This document shows, in pieces, positions 1-10,406 of a stretch of 64,000 nucleotides of DNA (within the stretch, counting starts at the first letter, position 1; each line of letters starts with the position of its first letter). The notes under the pieces were generated by a model, which saw nothing but the letters and a program-made list of their open reading frames with translations, was not told the origin of the DNA and did no database searches. The stretch is from Nitrospirota bacterium. Lineage in GTDB: Bacteria; Nitrospirota; Nitrospiria; Nitrospirales; Nitrospiraceae. The position numbers and the translations under genes were made by a program. Location: the NCBI GenBank assembly GCA_963703955.1, contig CAVPGK010000001.1:29520-93519 (forward strand), read 5' to 3'.

Positions 1-1160
1 CGGATACGCTCCGGGAGTTCCTTCTGAATCTGTTTTTCAAACAGCTCGCGACTCGGAAAATCCATCCCTCGCTCCTGTCCTTTCTCTTTCAGCACCGTGG
101 TGTAGGCCATCTTCCATTTGACGTCGCGTCCGAGGATCCGTGACCATTCCTGCCCGAGTCGCCGCCGGGCGGCCTGGCGGGAGTGCTTCCAGCCCCGGAC
201 CTCTTCCAGCAATGACCAGTCGGTGAGGCCAATATACCGGTCCATCTTCTTTCGCGGATCGTGCGGGAAGACGAGTCGCATCGTCTCGCCGAAAATCTCT
301 CGTAAGTGAATATCGATCGCCCGCGTGGTGCGATGATAATACACGTTGGAGTACAGGTACATGCGCGTGTTCAGGAACATTTGGAGGGCCGGCAAGCCGG
401 TCTTGTGAATGGTGAAGCCACGGTCGGTCACGAGAGTGTAATGGATCAGCCGCGTGGGGTCCACCGGCCCGACCGCCACTCCGCACATGTAAGAGTCGCG
501 CAGCACGTAGTCCAGGTTGTCCCCCGTGTAGCTTCCGGAGATGACCGGCTGCAGGAAATTCAGCCATCGCGGCATCCGTGAATTGTCTTTCCCCTTATCT
601 TTCAGGATGAGATGGGCAATCTGGTTGGGGTCGAGCTCTTCCCCTTTCGCGAATGGGCCCGACGGGCTGCGCCGGATCTTGCGAATGATCGGGGCAAGAT
701 ATTCGCGAATAATAATCTGGCCCAATCGTTCATGGGTAAGGCCGTAGGCATTCAAGAAATTATCGTCGAAGAAGTGGCAGAAGGGGCCGTGGCCGATGTC
801 ATGAACGAGCGCGGTCACCCGAAGCAATTCCTCGACGTAATGCGCCGAGGGAAGATCGCGGATGATCTTGTGCAAAAACGGGTAAAGATGGCGCGCGAAA
901 CGGCCGGCCACGTGCATAGCTCCCACCGAGTGGACGAACCGGCTGTGCTCCGCCGATGGGTAGACCCAGCGCGCGCTTTGCAATTGGTAGATGGATCGAA
1001 GCCGTTGGACCCAGGGTGAGTCGATGAGATCCTTTTCCGTCTGTTCAGAGCGATCGGGGGAGGAATACGGAACCGTGAATGAAACGTAGCCGTGAATCGG
1101 ATCCGCGATCAGGGCCGATCCGTCATAGAGCGCCGTGCCGGGGAAACGGGTTGGTTTCAT
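1..1160 (-). CDS. HD-domain phosphohydrolase, SAMHD1/dNTP triphosphohydrolase-like; 3' end truncated by the window edge
   Basis: Manual translation from ATG 1160: MKPTRFPG..ADPIHGYV..SPWVQRLRSIYQL..HSRFVHSVG..LVHDIGHGPFCH..DNLDYVLRDSY..NVYYHRTTRA. Frame stays open to position 1, so it is absent from the ORF track. Confidence 0.9.
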   Translation of the reverse strand, partial: MKPTRFPGTALYDGSALIADPIHGYVSFTVPYSSPDRSEQTEKDLIDSPWVQRLRSIYQLQSARWVYPSAEHSRFVHSVGAMHVAGRFARHLYPFLHKIIRDLPSAHYVEELLRVTALVHDIGHGPFCHFFDDNFLNAYGLTHERLGQIIIREYLAPIIRKIRRSPSGPFAKGEELDPNQIAHLILKDKGKDNSRMPRWLNFLQPVISGSYTGDNLDYVLRDSYMCGVAVGPVDPTRLIHYTLVTDRGFTIHKTGLPALQMFLNTRMYLYSNVYYHRTTRAIDIHLREIFGETMRLVFPHDPRKKMDRYIGLTDWSLLEEVRGWKHSRQAARRRLGQEWSRILGRDVKWKMAYTTVLKEKGQERGMDFPSRELFEKQIQKELPERI

Positions 1161-1324
1161 GTGACGACGTACGTCGGGCCGGCGGTAAGCAGGACGGCTT
1201 GGCGATTGGTACGATGAGGCCTCATCACCGACCATGGGCATGCGCGCGGGCTCGAATGCTTCGTCATTTTGCCGGGACGCCTCACATCCGGCAACGCGAA
1301 GGTGGCTTTGTCGTCCATCTTATC

Positions 1325-1810
1325 TTAGGAGGATTCGTGTGGCAACCGCGCCGCCGCCGGTTCGTGTCTGATCCGTCTGCGATATTGTGAGATCAGGACA
1401 TAGGCGATCGGATAGCTGATCAGCGTGCCCAGCACACTCAGCACAATGCCTCCGGCGACAAAAGGAATGAGGTAGGGCATGATGCGCTGGTAGAGCGATG
1501 TCGCGTCGATCGGTTCCCACTGAAAGGGCGGCATCTCGGACATCCCGGGAAGCTGAAAGCCCGTCCACAGCGTCGCGCCCAGGATGGGGACGAGCGTCCA
1601 GGGATTATTGAGAAAGGCTCCGGCCAACAGAGCGATCACATTCAAACGAAAGGCCCACGCGCAGAAGAACACCATCAGGGTATGCAAGCCGTAGGTCGGC
1701 GAAAACGCGATGAAGACCCCGACCGCAAACGCTAGGGCGGTCCGGTGAGGCGATTCGTTCAAATGCAGGAGTTGCTTCAGGTGTGATCGAATATTCGCAA
1801 CCGAAACCAT
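1325..1810 (-). CDS. DUF2062 family membrane protein
   Basis: ESPHRTALAFAVGVFIAFSPTYGLHT and NNPWT motifs; hydrophobic segments. Confidence 0.85.
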   Translation of the reverse strand: MVSVANIRSHLKQLLHLNESPHRTALAFAVGVFIAFSPTYGLHTLMVFFCAWAFRLNVIALLAGAFLNNPWTLVPILGATLWTGFQLPGMSEMPPFQWEPIDATSLYQRIMPYLIPFVAGGIVLSVLGTLISYPIAYVLISQYRRRIRHEPAAARLPHESS

Positions 1811-1828
1811 ACCGCGCCTCGAAGCCGG

Positions 1829-2893
1829 CTAGGCCTTCTGAAAATGTCGATAACTGAGAACGGGTAGAGGCCGGCTTGTGCCCGTCCGAGTGCGGACTCG
1901 CCTCCCGAACGATTGAGGCCGGATGATGCCGATGCGGGAAAACCGAGACCCCGTCCGTTGAGCCAGGCGATCCAGCGCGCCTTCCTGCTTCGGCGAGACC
2001 GTGAAGAGCAGTTCGTAATCCTCTCCACCCTTTAAGGCGAATTCCTCGGCGTCGAGGCCACGGGTCACGGCGTACCGCCGGCAGGCCGAGGACAGCGGCA
2101 ATGACGAGAGGTCGATCTCGGCGCCGACTCCGCTCTGATCACAGAGGTGGACGAGATCGCCGGAGAGCCCATCGGAGAGGTCAATCGCGGCAGTGGCCAG
2201 GCGGCGGCGACTCAGCCACTGAGCCTCCTCGACGCGTGGAGTGGGGCGCAGGTGACGGCCGGTTAGGTAGCGGACGTCACGAGGCGGAAGATGGTCTCGG
2301 CGCATCCTCATGCTTGATCGATTCCTTCGCCTCGTGGCGAGCAAATTCAGTCCCGCCAACGAGTCACCCAAGGTACCGGTCACATAAAGAAGATCGCCGA
2401 CGCAGGCCCCGTCCCGCCGAATCGCTCGGCCGGACGGGACGCTGCCCATCATGGCGATGCTGAGAAAGAGGTCACTCCGAGCGGCCGAGGTATCCCCGCC
2501 GATCAATTCGACCCCGTACTTTCGACACGCCTTCATGAGGCCGCGGTACATGCTCACAAGCTCTGACTGAGTCCGTGATGCCGGACTCGCAATCGCAACG
2601 ACCAGATATTCCGGTGTCCCGCCCATGGCGGCGATATCGCTCAGGTTGGCGACGGCAGCTTTGTATCCTACATCCTCGAAGGTCGCCGTGGCCAAATCAA
2701 AATGAATGTGTTCGATCAGGATGTCCGTGGTGACAAGCAAGCTGCGCCGGGGAGAGAATCTGATGATGGCGGCGTCATCGCCGATGCCGCGTGCAATTCC
2801 TCGCCCCGTCCGGCCGAATCGGCGCCCCAGTTCCTCGATGAACCGAAACTCGTCAACACGGCGCAAGGAGCGAGGCTGAGACCGAAGGGGCAT
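1829..2893 (-). CDS. thiL: Thiamine-monophosphate kinase
   Basis: GIGDDAA, NLSDIAAMGG, LIGGDT, DLSDGL and GGEDYELLFT motifs. Confidence 0.95.
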   Translation of the reverse strand: MPLRSQPRSLRRVDEFRFIEELGRRFGRTGRGIARGIGDDAAIIRFSPRRSLLVTTDILIEHIHFDLATATFEDVGYKAAVANLSDIAAMGGTPEYLVVAIASPASRTQSELVSMYRGLMKACRKYGVELIGGDTSAARSDLFLSIAMMGSVPSGRAIRRDGACVGDLLYVTGTLGDSLAGLNLLATRRRNRSSMRMRRDHLPPRDVRYLTGRHLRPTPRVEEAQWLSRRRLATAAIDLSDGLSGDLVHLCDQSGVGAEIDLSSLPLSSACRRYAVTRGLDAEEFALKGGEDYELLFTVSPKQEGALDRLAQRTGSRFSRIGIIRPQSFGRRVRTRTGTSRPLPVLSYRHFQKA

Positions 2894-2894
2894 C

Positions 2895-5411
2895 TCAGCG
2901 CCCGGGAGGGAACGGGGGCGAGACCGAGAGGGCCGGCGCCAGGGGATGAGACCGAGGCGCTCGTCTGATCTTCTCCAACGAGCGGGTCTTCTGCCGGCTC
3001 GTCTTGACTCGACGAGGTGGCCGACGAGCGGCCGGTTTGGCTCTAGCGCGAACGACCGGGTTCCGCCGCAGACCGGCCTTGAGCACGTCGTCCATCGTAT
3101 CGGCGAAGACGAGATGAACCCCCCGCAGTAGGTGCTTGGGGATTTCCTCGAGATCTTTCGCGTTTCGTTTCGGCAGGATGACCGTTGACAGCTTGGCCCG
3201 TTTCGCCGCGAGGATTTTCTCTTTGAGACCGCCGATCGGCAGCACCCGGCCGCGCAGCGTGACCTCTCCGGTCATCGCCACATCCTTGCGGACCGGCACG
3301 GAGGAGAGAATGGAGGCGATGGCCGTGGCCATGGTAATACCGGCCGAAGGCCCATCCTTGGGAATGGCCCCGGCCGGAACATGGATATGAATATCCATCT
3401 TGGAAAAGAGGTCCGGATTGATGTCCAGGAGTTTCTCACGAGAGCGGACGTAGCTGAGAGCGGCCTGAGCCGATTCTTTCATCACGTCACCGAGATGTCC
3501 GGTGAGCGTGAGCTGTCCCTTGCCCTTCATCGTGGTCGCTTCGATATGGAGGACATCACCTCCGCTCTCGGTCCACGCAAGCCCCGTGGCCACCCCGATC
3601 TCATCCTTTTCCTGCTCGGCCTCAGGCAAGAACTTGGGGACGCCGAGAAATTTGTGCAGGTTGGCGGGTGTGATGACGTAGCACTGCACCTTTCCTTCCG
3701 CCACCTTCTTGGCCACCTTCCGCATCATGTTAGCGATCTCGCGTTCCAGATTCCGGACGCCAGCTTCTCTCGTATAGTGGGAGACGGTTTGTCGTAAGGC
3801 GGGCTCGGTAATGCGAATGTGATCGTCCGTGATCCCGTGCTCCTTCAATTGCCGAGGAATCAAATATCGCTCAGCGATCCCCAACTTCTCCTCTTCCGTG
3901 TAGCCGGGGATTTCGATGATCTCCATGCGGTCTCGCAGGGCGGAAAGAATGGGGTCCATGAGATTCGCGGTGGTGATGAACATGACCTCCGTCAAGTCGA
4001 ACGGCACGCCCAGATAGTGGTCGCTGAACATGTGATTCTGCTCGGGGTCCAGCACTTCCAGCAGAGCGGCGGACGGATCTCCTCGGAAATCCTGGCCGAC
4101 CTTGTCGACCTCATCCATCATGAAGACGGGATTGTTCGTGCCGGCCTGTTTGATGCCTTGAATGATTCGGCCGGGAAGCGCGCCCACGTATGTGCGCCGG
4201 TGCCCGCGGATCTCGGCTTCATCCCGCACACCGCCCAAGCTGATCCGCACGAATTCCCGTCCCAAGGCCCGGGCGATTGACTTTCCCAAAGAGGTCTTTC
4301 CCACGCCGGGCGGGCCGACAAAGCAAAGGATCGGCCCTTTCATTTTCTCTTTGAGCTTCCGAACGGCCAGGTATTCGAGAATCCGTTCCTTGACCTTTTC
4401 CAGGTCATAATGGTCTTCGTCGAGCACCTTGCCGGCGGCCTTGATGTCCAGGTTGTCTTTCGACTTCTTGCTCCACGGCAGCTCAACCATCCATTCCAAG
4501 TACGTCCGCACCGTGGCCGACTCGGCCGTATCCGGATGCATCTTCTCAAGTCGTTTGAGCTGCTTCTCGCACTCCTTCAGCACCTTTTCCGGCATCTTGG
4601 CGTCTTTGATCCGCTTGCGGAATTCGGCGACCTCTTCGGCCCGTTCGTCCAGCTCTCCCAGTTCCTTTTGAATCGGCTTGAGCTGCTCGCGCAAGAAATA
4701 TTCCCGTTGCGTCTTGTCCATCTCACCCTTGGCCTGGGCCTGAATCTTTTGCTGCATGGATAGGACATCGACTTCTTTTGACAGAATCTCGCTGACGCGT
4801 TTGAGGCGGACGATGGGATCGTCGACCTCGAGAACGTCCTGAGAAGCCTCGACCTTCAGTCCCAGGTTGGAGACGATCATGTCCGCCAGACGCCCGGGAT
4901 CCTCGAGATTCTCGATGACCACCATGACGTCCGGCATCAAGACCTTCCCCAGGCCGACGATCTTCTCGAGTTGTTCCTTGACCGTCCGCATCACAGCCTC
5001 GGCTTCGAGGGAAGCACCGGACGGTTTGGCCTCAACAATCTTTGTGATCCGAACCGAGTAGTAGGGGTCGGTCTGGATGTATTCCTCCACCTTCCCCTTC
5101 GCGATGCCTTGGACAAGAATCTTGATCCGTTCGTCCGGCAGTTTCAGCATTCGCATGATGATTCCGATGGTACCGACCGTGTGGATGTCATTCGGGGTAG
5201 GGGCTTCGACATCCAGCGCTTTCTGGGTGGAGAGGAAAATCATGCGATTGCCCGCCAGAGCCGCCTCAATGGCCTTAATCGACATGTCCCGGCCCACGAA
5301 CAGAGGCAGGACCATGTACGGAAAGACGACAATATCCCGAACCGGCAACAAGGGCAGTTGGTCCGGAATCTCCATGTTCTGAATATCGCGTTCACTCGGT
5401 TCTGAAGGCAT
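2895..5411 (-). CDS. lon: ATP-dependent protease La
   Basis: Lon N-domain ([13 protein letters not shown]), Walker [10 protein letters not shown], catalytic PKDGPSAG and IGGLKEK. Confidence 0.97.
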   Translation of the reverse strand: MPSEPSERDIQNMEIPDQLPLLPVRDIVVFPYMVLPLFVGRDMSIKAIEAALAGNRMIFLSTQKALDVEAPTPNDIHTVGTIGIIMRMLKLPDERIKILVQGIAKGKVEEYIQTDPYYSVRITKIVEAKPSGASLEAEAVMRTVKEQLEKIVGLGKVLMPDVMVVIENLEDPGRLADMIVSNLGLKVEASQDVLEVDDPIVRLKRVSEILSKEVDVLSMQQKIQAQAKGEMDKTQREYFLREQLKPIQKELGELDERAEEVAEFRKRIKDAKMPEKVLKECEKQLKRLEKMHPDTAESATVRTYLEWMVELPWSKKSKDNLDIKAAGKVLDEDHYDLEKVKERILEYLAVRKLKEKMKGPILCFVGPPGVGKTSLGKSIARALGREFVRISLGGVRDEAEIRGHRRTYVGALPGRIIQGIKQAGTNNPVFMMDEVDKVGQDFRGDPSAALLEVLDPEQNHMFSDHYLGVPFDLTEVMFITTANLMDPILSALRDRMEIIEIPGYTEEEKLGIAERYLIPRQLKEHGITDDHIRITEPALRQTVSHYTREAGVRNLEREIANMMRKVAKKVAEGKVQCYVITPANLHKFLGVPKFLPEAEQEKDEIGVATGLAWTESGGDVLHIEATTMKGKGQLTLTGHLGDVMKESAQAALSYVRSREKLLDINPDLFSKMDIHIHVPAGAIPKDGPSAGITMATAIASILSSVPVRKDVAMTGEVTLRGRVLPIGGLKEKILAAKRAKLSTVILPKRNAKDLEEIPKHLLRGVHLVFADTMDDVLKAGLRRNPVVRARAKPAARRPPRRVKTSRQKTRSLEKIRRAPRSHPLAPALSVSPPFPPGR

Positions 5412-5437
5412 TCGGGATGTTCCTCGTCACAGGTTAT

Positions 5438-5486
5438 TCGTGAGACGTGAATCGTGGGGAGAAGATGGACGCGTCACGTTCCACGA
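5438..5486. repeat. Imperfect intergenic palindrome built from CGTGA(G/A)N heptamer units
   Basis: Left arm tcgtgagacgtga (5438-5450) matches the reverse complement of right arm tcacgttccacga (5474-5486) at 11/13 positions. Confidence 0.6.
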
Positions 5487-5502
5487 TGAGTGATGGCGAT
5501 GG

Positions 5503-6396
5503 TCAGGCGCCGAACGACCCATTGCGTCGGTACAACTGTTTCAAGTAGTGCGAGAAGGGCGGACCGAGCGAGGGGTTTTTCAACGCGAATTCGACCGTCG
5601 CTTTGAGAAAACCGAGCTTCTCTCCGGCATCATGCCGCTGTCCTTGGATTTCAAGAGCAAACATTGGCGTGTTCCGAGCCAGGCGCCGAAGGGCATCGGT
5701 CAGTTGGATCTCTCCGTTTTTCCCGGGGGGAATCTTGCGAAGAATCGGAAAGATCTCGGGAGACAGCACATACCGGCCAATCACGGCGTAGAGGGACGGT
5801 GCATCGGCCGGCGCAGGTTTTTCGACAAGATCACGGACACGATGTAGGCCGGGAGCGACTCGCCGATTGGCCACGATTCCGTATCGGCTGACCTCACTCC
5901 GCCGAACTTTCTTGACGCCGACCACGGGCCCATTCCGAGCTTCATAAACCTGAATGAGCTGTGCGAGGCCCGGGACGCGGGCATCAATCACTTCGTCTCC
6001 TAGGATCACCGCGAACGGCTCATCACCGATCAAATGCCGGGCCGACAGCACGGCGTGCCCCAGGCCCAGCGCCTCGGACTGGCGAACGTAGCAAAAATTC
6101 GCCAATTCGGAGATCCGCCTGACCTCCTTCAACATGCTGTCTTTCTTATTGCCCTTGAGATTCTCTTCGAGTTCGAAGGAACGGTCGAAGTGATCCTCGA
6201 TGGCTCGCTTCCCGCGACCGGTAATGATGATAATATCTTCAATGCCGGAAGCGACGGCTTCTTCCACCGCGTACTGGATCAATGGCTTGTCCACCAGCGG
6301 CAGCATTTCCTTCGGAGACGCCTTGGTGGCGGGGAGAAAACGGGTACCGAGACCGGCGGCAGGGATGATGGCTTTACGAAGCGGCGCCGACGACAT
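5503..6396 (-). CDS. galU: UTP--glucose-1-phosphate uridylyltransferase
   Basis: KAIIPAAGLGTRFLPATKASPKEMLP, VEKP and GEIQLTDA motifs; ATG 6396 preferred over the track start at 6423. Confidence 0.95.
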   Translation of the reverse strand: MSSAPLRKAIIPAAGLGTRFLPATKASPKEMLPLVDKPLIQYAVEEAVASGIEDIIIITGRGKRAIEDHFDRSFELEENLKGNKKDSMLKEVRRISELANFCYVRQSEALGLGHAVLSARHLIGDEPFAVILGDEVIDARVPGLAQLIQVYEARNGPVVGVKKVRRSEVSRYGIVANRRVAPGLHRVRDLVEKPAPADAPSLYAVIGRYVLSPEIFPILRKIPPGKNGEIQLTDALRRLARNTPMFALEIQGQRHDAGEKLGFLKATVEFALKNPSLGPPFSHYLKQLYRRNGSFGA

Positions 6397-6403
6397 ATTT
6401 CCG

Positions 6404-6433
6404 ATACTATGTGATGGGTGCACGGAAAGTCAA
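6404..6433 (-). promoter_or_regulatory. Putative sigma70 promoter for galU (possibly leaderless)
   Basis: Minus strand TTGACT-18 nt-TAGTAT, with the ATG 7 nt downstream of the -10. Confidence 0.55.
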
Positions 6434-6489
6434 GAACGCGCGAGTCCTCCCACAGGACCGAGCGTCGCAATTCATCTAAAGAAATTTTC

Positions 6490-6518
6490 TTTACATTGAT
6501 GGCAACGACTCATATAAT
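6490..6518 (+). promoter_or_regulatory. Putative sigma70 promoter for the bamA/LPS operon
   Basis: TTTACA (6490-6495), 17 nt spacer, TATAAT (6513-6518), in an AT-rich divergent intergenic region. Confidence 0.65.
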
Positions 6519-6746
6519 TCCTCAGCTTTTTCCGATTGTTTCATGAAAAAATGGTCGCGGGTGACTTGCATCGCGTAGGCGACGCTCTCCCAGGGAGTGG
6601 ACGCCGCGTCGAGAGCCTGTCTTAGGTGCTATGATTCACGGTCAACCTGATGCGGGCCTGGTTGCACGCGCTCCTCTCGTGGTTTTCCAAGCCTTGGATT
6701 CGATCTCCGGACGGCCTGGTCAGCGGTTCTTGAAAGAAAGGCCGCG

Positions 6747-9056
6747 GTGACCAGCCGACCGGGGATTCGAGCGGTCCTTCTTTTCTCGATGATGGCTGTG
6801 GCCCTATCCGGTGCGCTCCGGGACCCGTTGTATGCCCAGGAAGGAGGGCAGAGGGTCGCCTCGATCGAACTCCGCGGGATCAAGCGAATCGAAGATGCCG
6901 CGATTCGGGGCCGGTTGACGCTCAAGGTCAGTGATCCCTACACGGCCGAGGCGATCCGAGCCCAGATCCGGTTGATCTACGAAATGGGTTTCTTCGAAGA
7001 TGTTCGCATCGAGACCGAACAGGTTGCGGGCGGTGTCGCGGTGATCTTCGTCATTCGAGAGAAACCATTCATCACGGAGATCGTGTTCGACGGGAACGAC
7101 AATCTCACTGAAGACAAGCTGAAGGAAAAAATCACGATCCGAAGCCAGTCCTTCCTGGACCAGCAGCAGGCCAAAGAGAGCGCCGAGAAAATCCGGTTGG
7201 CCTACCAGGAAGACGGCTACTATAACGCCCAGGTGATTCCGATCATTTTGAGCCTGGATGAGGATCGAAAGCGCCTGACGTTCTTCATCAAGGAAATGGA
7301 GAGGGCTAAGGTCAAGACGGTCAACTTCGACGGGATGACGGTCGCGACCAAGAAAGAGTTGTTCAAAGTGATGGCCACCCGTGAGTGGGTCACTATCTGG
7401 GGGACGCTGATCGGGAAAGGACTCCCTTCGCTTTTCACGGACGCCGGCATCCTCAAGCGGGAAGAGCTGGCCAACGATGCCGAGCGGATCAGGGAAGTCC
7501 TTCTGAATAAGGGGTATCTCAACGTGCAGGTGAGCCTGCCGACAGTCGAACTCTCCGAGGATAAGCAGTGGTTCACGGTGTCCTTCACGATCGTCGAAGG
7601 AGAGCCCTATACCATCGGCGAAGTCGGATTTCGAGGCAACACCATCTTTGAGGACGCTGAGCTTCAGGCCAACATGAAAATTAAGCCGGGGGATACGTTT
7701 CAACGAGCCAAGATTCGGGATGAAATAACGCGTCTTAGCGAAATGTACGGGGCCAGGGGATACGCGTTTACCGACGTCAATCCCGCCGTGACTCCGGATG
7801 CGCAGACGAAGACGGCCTCCATCGTCTTTCATATCAAGGAAGGGGAACTCATCCGGATTCGGGAGATCCACATCACCGGCAATGATAAGACCAGGGACAA
7901 TGTCATCCGCCGCGAGCTTCGCGTGAATGAGCAGGAAGTTATCGACACAGTGGCCATGAAACGAAGCTTCCAACGCTTGAACAATCTGAACTTCTTCGAG
8001 ACCGTTGAGATTCTGCCTAAGCAGGTGGAGCCGGACAAGGTGGATCTGGACGTCAAGGTGAAGGAAAAATCAACCGGGTCATTCAGCATCGGCGGCGGAT
8101 TCAGCACTCTAGACCGTTTCGTGGCGATCGCGGATATCACCGAAGGGAATCTGCTAGGGCTCGGGTATCTGGTCCGGGTGCGAGGGCAGTTGGGACAGCG
8201 GCGATCATTAGGGTTGATCTCGTTCCGCAATCCTTACCTCTATGATTCGCTGACCTCCCTGCAGGCGGACATTTTCAGAACGCTGACCAATTACATCACC
8301 TACTTCGAAGATAAAGCCGGTGCGAGCGTCTCGTTGGGCCGATGGTTTTCGGAATACGTCTCCGGAAGCTTCGCCTTGGTCGCGGAACAGATCGAGATCA
8401 GCAACCCGCAGCCTGATGCTCCTCAATTCATTCTCGATCAAGTTGGCAACCAATCGACGACCGGCTTTCGCACCAGCCTTGCCAGGGATACCCGGGACTT
8501 CTATCTCGATCCGCGAACCGGGATGCGGAATGCGATCAATTTCGACTATGGGACGCCGGCGCTGGGGGGGACCAACAACTTCTACAAGGTCGCGCTGGAT
8601 TCTATTAAATATACACCGCTTGGCTTCTGGGACCTGCGCCATTCGATTCGCGGCCGTTTCGGGTTTGCCGAAGGTGTGCGTGGAAAGCCCCTTCCCATTA
8701 CCGAGCGATTCTTCGTCGGCGGAATCAACACCATGCGCGGATTCGTGTTCGGGCGGGCCGGTCCGGTCACAGCGAGTGGGTCACTGGAGGGCGCGGTCAG
8801 CCAGATCATCATCAATAATGATCTTATTTTTCCCATTTCGGCCGAGGCCAAATTGAACGGCGTGATCTTCTTCGATTACGGCAAGGGGTTCGATGATGGA
8901 GAGCCGCTGAGTCTGAAGCTTCGATCGGCGGCTGGAATCGAGGCTCGATGGATTTCACCGTTCGGTCCGCTCCGTGTCGCGTATGGAATCAATTTAGACC
9001 CCAATCCGGGAGAACGGAAGGGCGTGTTTGAATTCTCGGTCGGGTCTCTGTTCTAG
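6747..9056 (+). CDS. bamA: Outer membrane protein assembly factor BamA
   Basis: Signal peptide, POTRA repeats (GNDKTRDNVIRRE), MRGF loop, SPFGPL, C-terminal Phe. Confidence 0.96.
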   Translation: MTSRPGIRAVLLFSMMAVALSGALRDPLYAQEGGQRVASIELRGIKRIEDAAIRGRLTLKVSDPYTAEAIRAQIRLIYEMGFFEDVRIETEQVAGGVAVIFVIREKPFITEIVFDGNDNLTEDKLKEKITIRSQSFLDQQQAKESAEKIRLAYQEDGYYNAQVIPIILSLDEDRKRLTFFIKEMERAKVKTVNFDGMTVATKKELFKVMATREWVTIWGTLIGKGLPSLFTDAGILKREELANDAERIREVLLNKGYLNVQVSLPTVELSEDKQWFTVSFTIVEGEPYTIGEVGFRGNTIFEDAELQANMKIKPGDTFQRAKIRDEITRLSEMYGARGYAFTDVNPAVTPDAQTKTASIVFHIKEGELIRIREIHITGNDKTRDNVIRRELRVNEQEVIDTVAMKRSFQRLNNLNFFETVEILPKQVEPDKVDLDVKVKEKSTGSFSIGGGFSTLDRFVAIADITEGNLLGLGYLVRVRGQLGQRRSLGLISFRNPYLYDSLTSLQADIFRTLTNYITYFEDKAGASVSLGRWFSEYVSGSFALVAEQIEISNPQPDAPQFILDQVGNQSTTGFRTSLARDTRDFYLDPRTGMRNAINFDYGTPALGGTNNFYKVALDSIKYTPLGFWDLRHSIRGRFGFAEGVRGKPLPITERFFVGGINTMRGFVFGRAGPVTASGSLEGAVSQIIINNDLIFPISAEAKLNGVIFFDYGKGFDDGEPLSLKLRSAAGIEARWISPFGPLRVAYGINLDPNPGERKGVFEFSVGSLF

Positions 9057-9059
9057 ACA

Positions 9060-9113
9060 CAGCCGTCAGTGTTCTGTTTTCAGCACATCGCTGACCGCGA
9101 AAAGCCGACGGCT
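9060..9113. repeat. Nested intergenic hairpin of the TCAGC/GCTGA family
   Basis: Outer arms cagccgtc (9060-9067) and gacggctg (9106-9113); inner tcagc-acatc-gctga (9080-9094). Confidence 0.6.
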
Positions 9114-9131
9114 GAAGGAGAGACAATAGCA

Positions 9132-9779
9132 ATGAAGGTAGGGAGGAAAGAGTCCCAGGGTCGAAGAGACCCGGCATCGGGGATCCGGATCACTGGAATC
9201 AGCCTATCGCTGATCTTCTGGGGGTGCGCCGCCTCACCGGCGCAGCCGTCTTCGGCCCAGCAGACGAATCAGCAGCCAGACCCTGTCCCCGTGCAGCGGC
9301 CGGTGTCCCCCTCCGTCCCATCGACGGGGTTACGCATGGGCGTCGTGGATCTGCAGAAGGTGCTCGTCGAAACCGAAGCCGGGAAAAAGGCCAGGGAATC
9401 ACTCAGCACGTTTATGAAGAACCGCCAGGCCGTCGTCGAGCTTGAAGAGAAAGAGCTCAAACGGATGGAAGAAGATCTCGTGAAACAAGCTAGTGTGCTC
9501 AGCGCCGCGGCGAAAAAAGACCGAGAAGATCAGTTGCGTCGCCGGGTCATGGAGTTTCAGCAGCGCGCCAACGATCTTAATCGTGAAGTTCAGGAGAAGC
9601 AGAAGGAGGTGCTCGAAGACTTCCGCGAGAGAGCCGAACGGGTGGTCGGGAGGGTAGCGCAGCAACTGGGATTGGCGGTGGTGATGGAAAAAGGGCGCGG
9701 CGGTCCAACGGTCTACGCCGACACATCCTTGGATATTTCCGCGAAAGTCATCGAGGAGTTCAACAAAGCCACTCAATGA
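9132..9779 (+). CDS. skp: OmpH/Skp family chaperone with lipoprotein-like N-terminus and Pro/Gln-rich linker
   Basis: RMGVVDLQKVL, coiled coil, DISAKVIEEFNK; RBS AAGGAG upstream of ATG 9132. Confidence 0.85.
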   Translation: MKVGRKESQGRRDPASGIRITGISLSLIFWGCAASPAQPSSAQQTNQQPDPVPVQRPVSPSVPSTGLRMGVVDLQKVLVETEAGKKARESLSTFMKNRQAVVELEEKELKRMEEDLVKQASVLSAAAKKDREDQLRRRVMEFQQRANDLNREVQEKQKEVLEDFRERAERVVGRVAQQLGLAVVMEKGRGGPTVYADTSLDISAKVIEEFNKATQ

Positions 9780-9866
9780 GGACGCGATAGGAATCAGCGT
9801 TCAGCTCGGAACTGAAGGCAGATTGCGCAAGGCTGAAACCTAAGAGCTGAGCCGAAAGGAGAGGGG

Positions 9867-10406
9867 ATGAGGAAACGGGTTTTCACGGTGGTGATAGCGG
9901 TTGGCGCAACCCTGGCATCGGTGGGCGAGGGCGGAGCCGCAGAGGCGCTCAAGGTCGGGGTGATCGATCAACAACAGGTATTGGAACGGACGGTGGCCGG
10001 GAAACGCGCGCTCGAAGGACTCAAGGAATTTTCCGCCAGTCGGCAGCGGATCGTCTCGGCGGATGACGAGGAACTCAAGCGTCTGGAAAAAGAATTGAAG
10101 GATCAAGAAAGCTCCCTGAGCGAAACGGCGAAACGAGAAAAGCAGGAGGGATTCCGGACGAAGTTCGAAAACTATCAGCGCCGGCTCCAGGAATTCAATC
10201 GGGAGATCCAGGGCAAACAGAAGCAGCTCGCCGATGAGTACCAAAAGAAAATCGATCAGGCAGCCGCCAGCGTTGGTGAAAAAAACGGCTATGCGGCGGT
10301 CCTGGACAAAGGCAGTAATGCCTCGCTTCGCATCGTGATCTACTACAATCAAGCGATTGACCTGACGGAGCAAGTGATCAAGGAATTCGATCGTCAGAAC
10401 AAATAA
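9867..10406 (+). CDS. skp: OmpH/Skp family chaperone, second paralog
   Basis: Signal peptide, KVGVIDQQQVL, DLTEQVIKEFD. Confidence 0.9.
   Translation: MRKRVFTVVIAVGATLASVGEGGAAEALKVGVIDQQQVLERTVAGKRALEGLKEFSASRQRIVSADDEELKRLEKELKDQESSLSETAKREKQEGFRTKFENYQRRLQEFNREIQGKQKQLADEYQKKIDQAAASVGEKNGYAAVLDKGSNASLRIVIYYNQAIDLTEQVIKEFDRQNK

Noticed and set aside
37..567. 176 aa minus-strand ORF in the track
   Set aside because: Wrong frame; it overlaps the HD-domain gene, whose frame carries the conserved motifs.
1269..1294. Inverted repeat ttgccgg/ccggcaa upstream of the HD gene
   Set aside because: No U-tract on the minus strand, so it is not a convincing terminator; it could be a promoter or operator but support is too weak.
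6804..7973. 389 aa antisense ORF
   Set aside because: Shadow of bamA caused by high-GC codon bias; no motifs.
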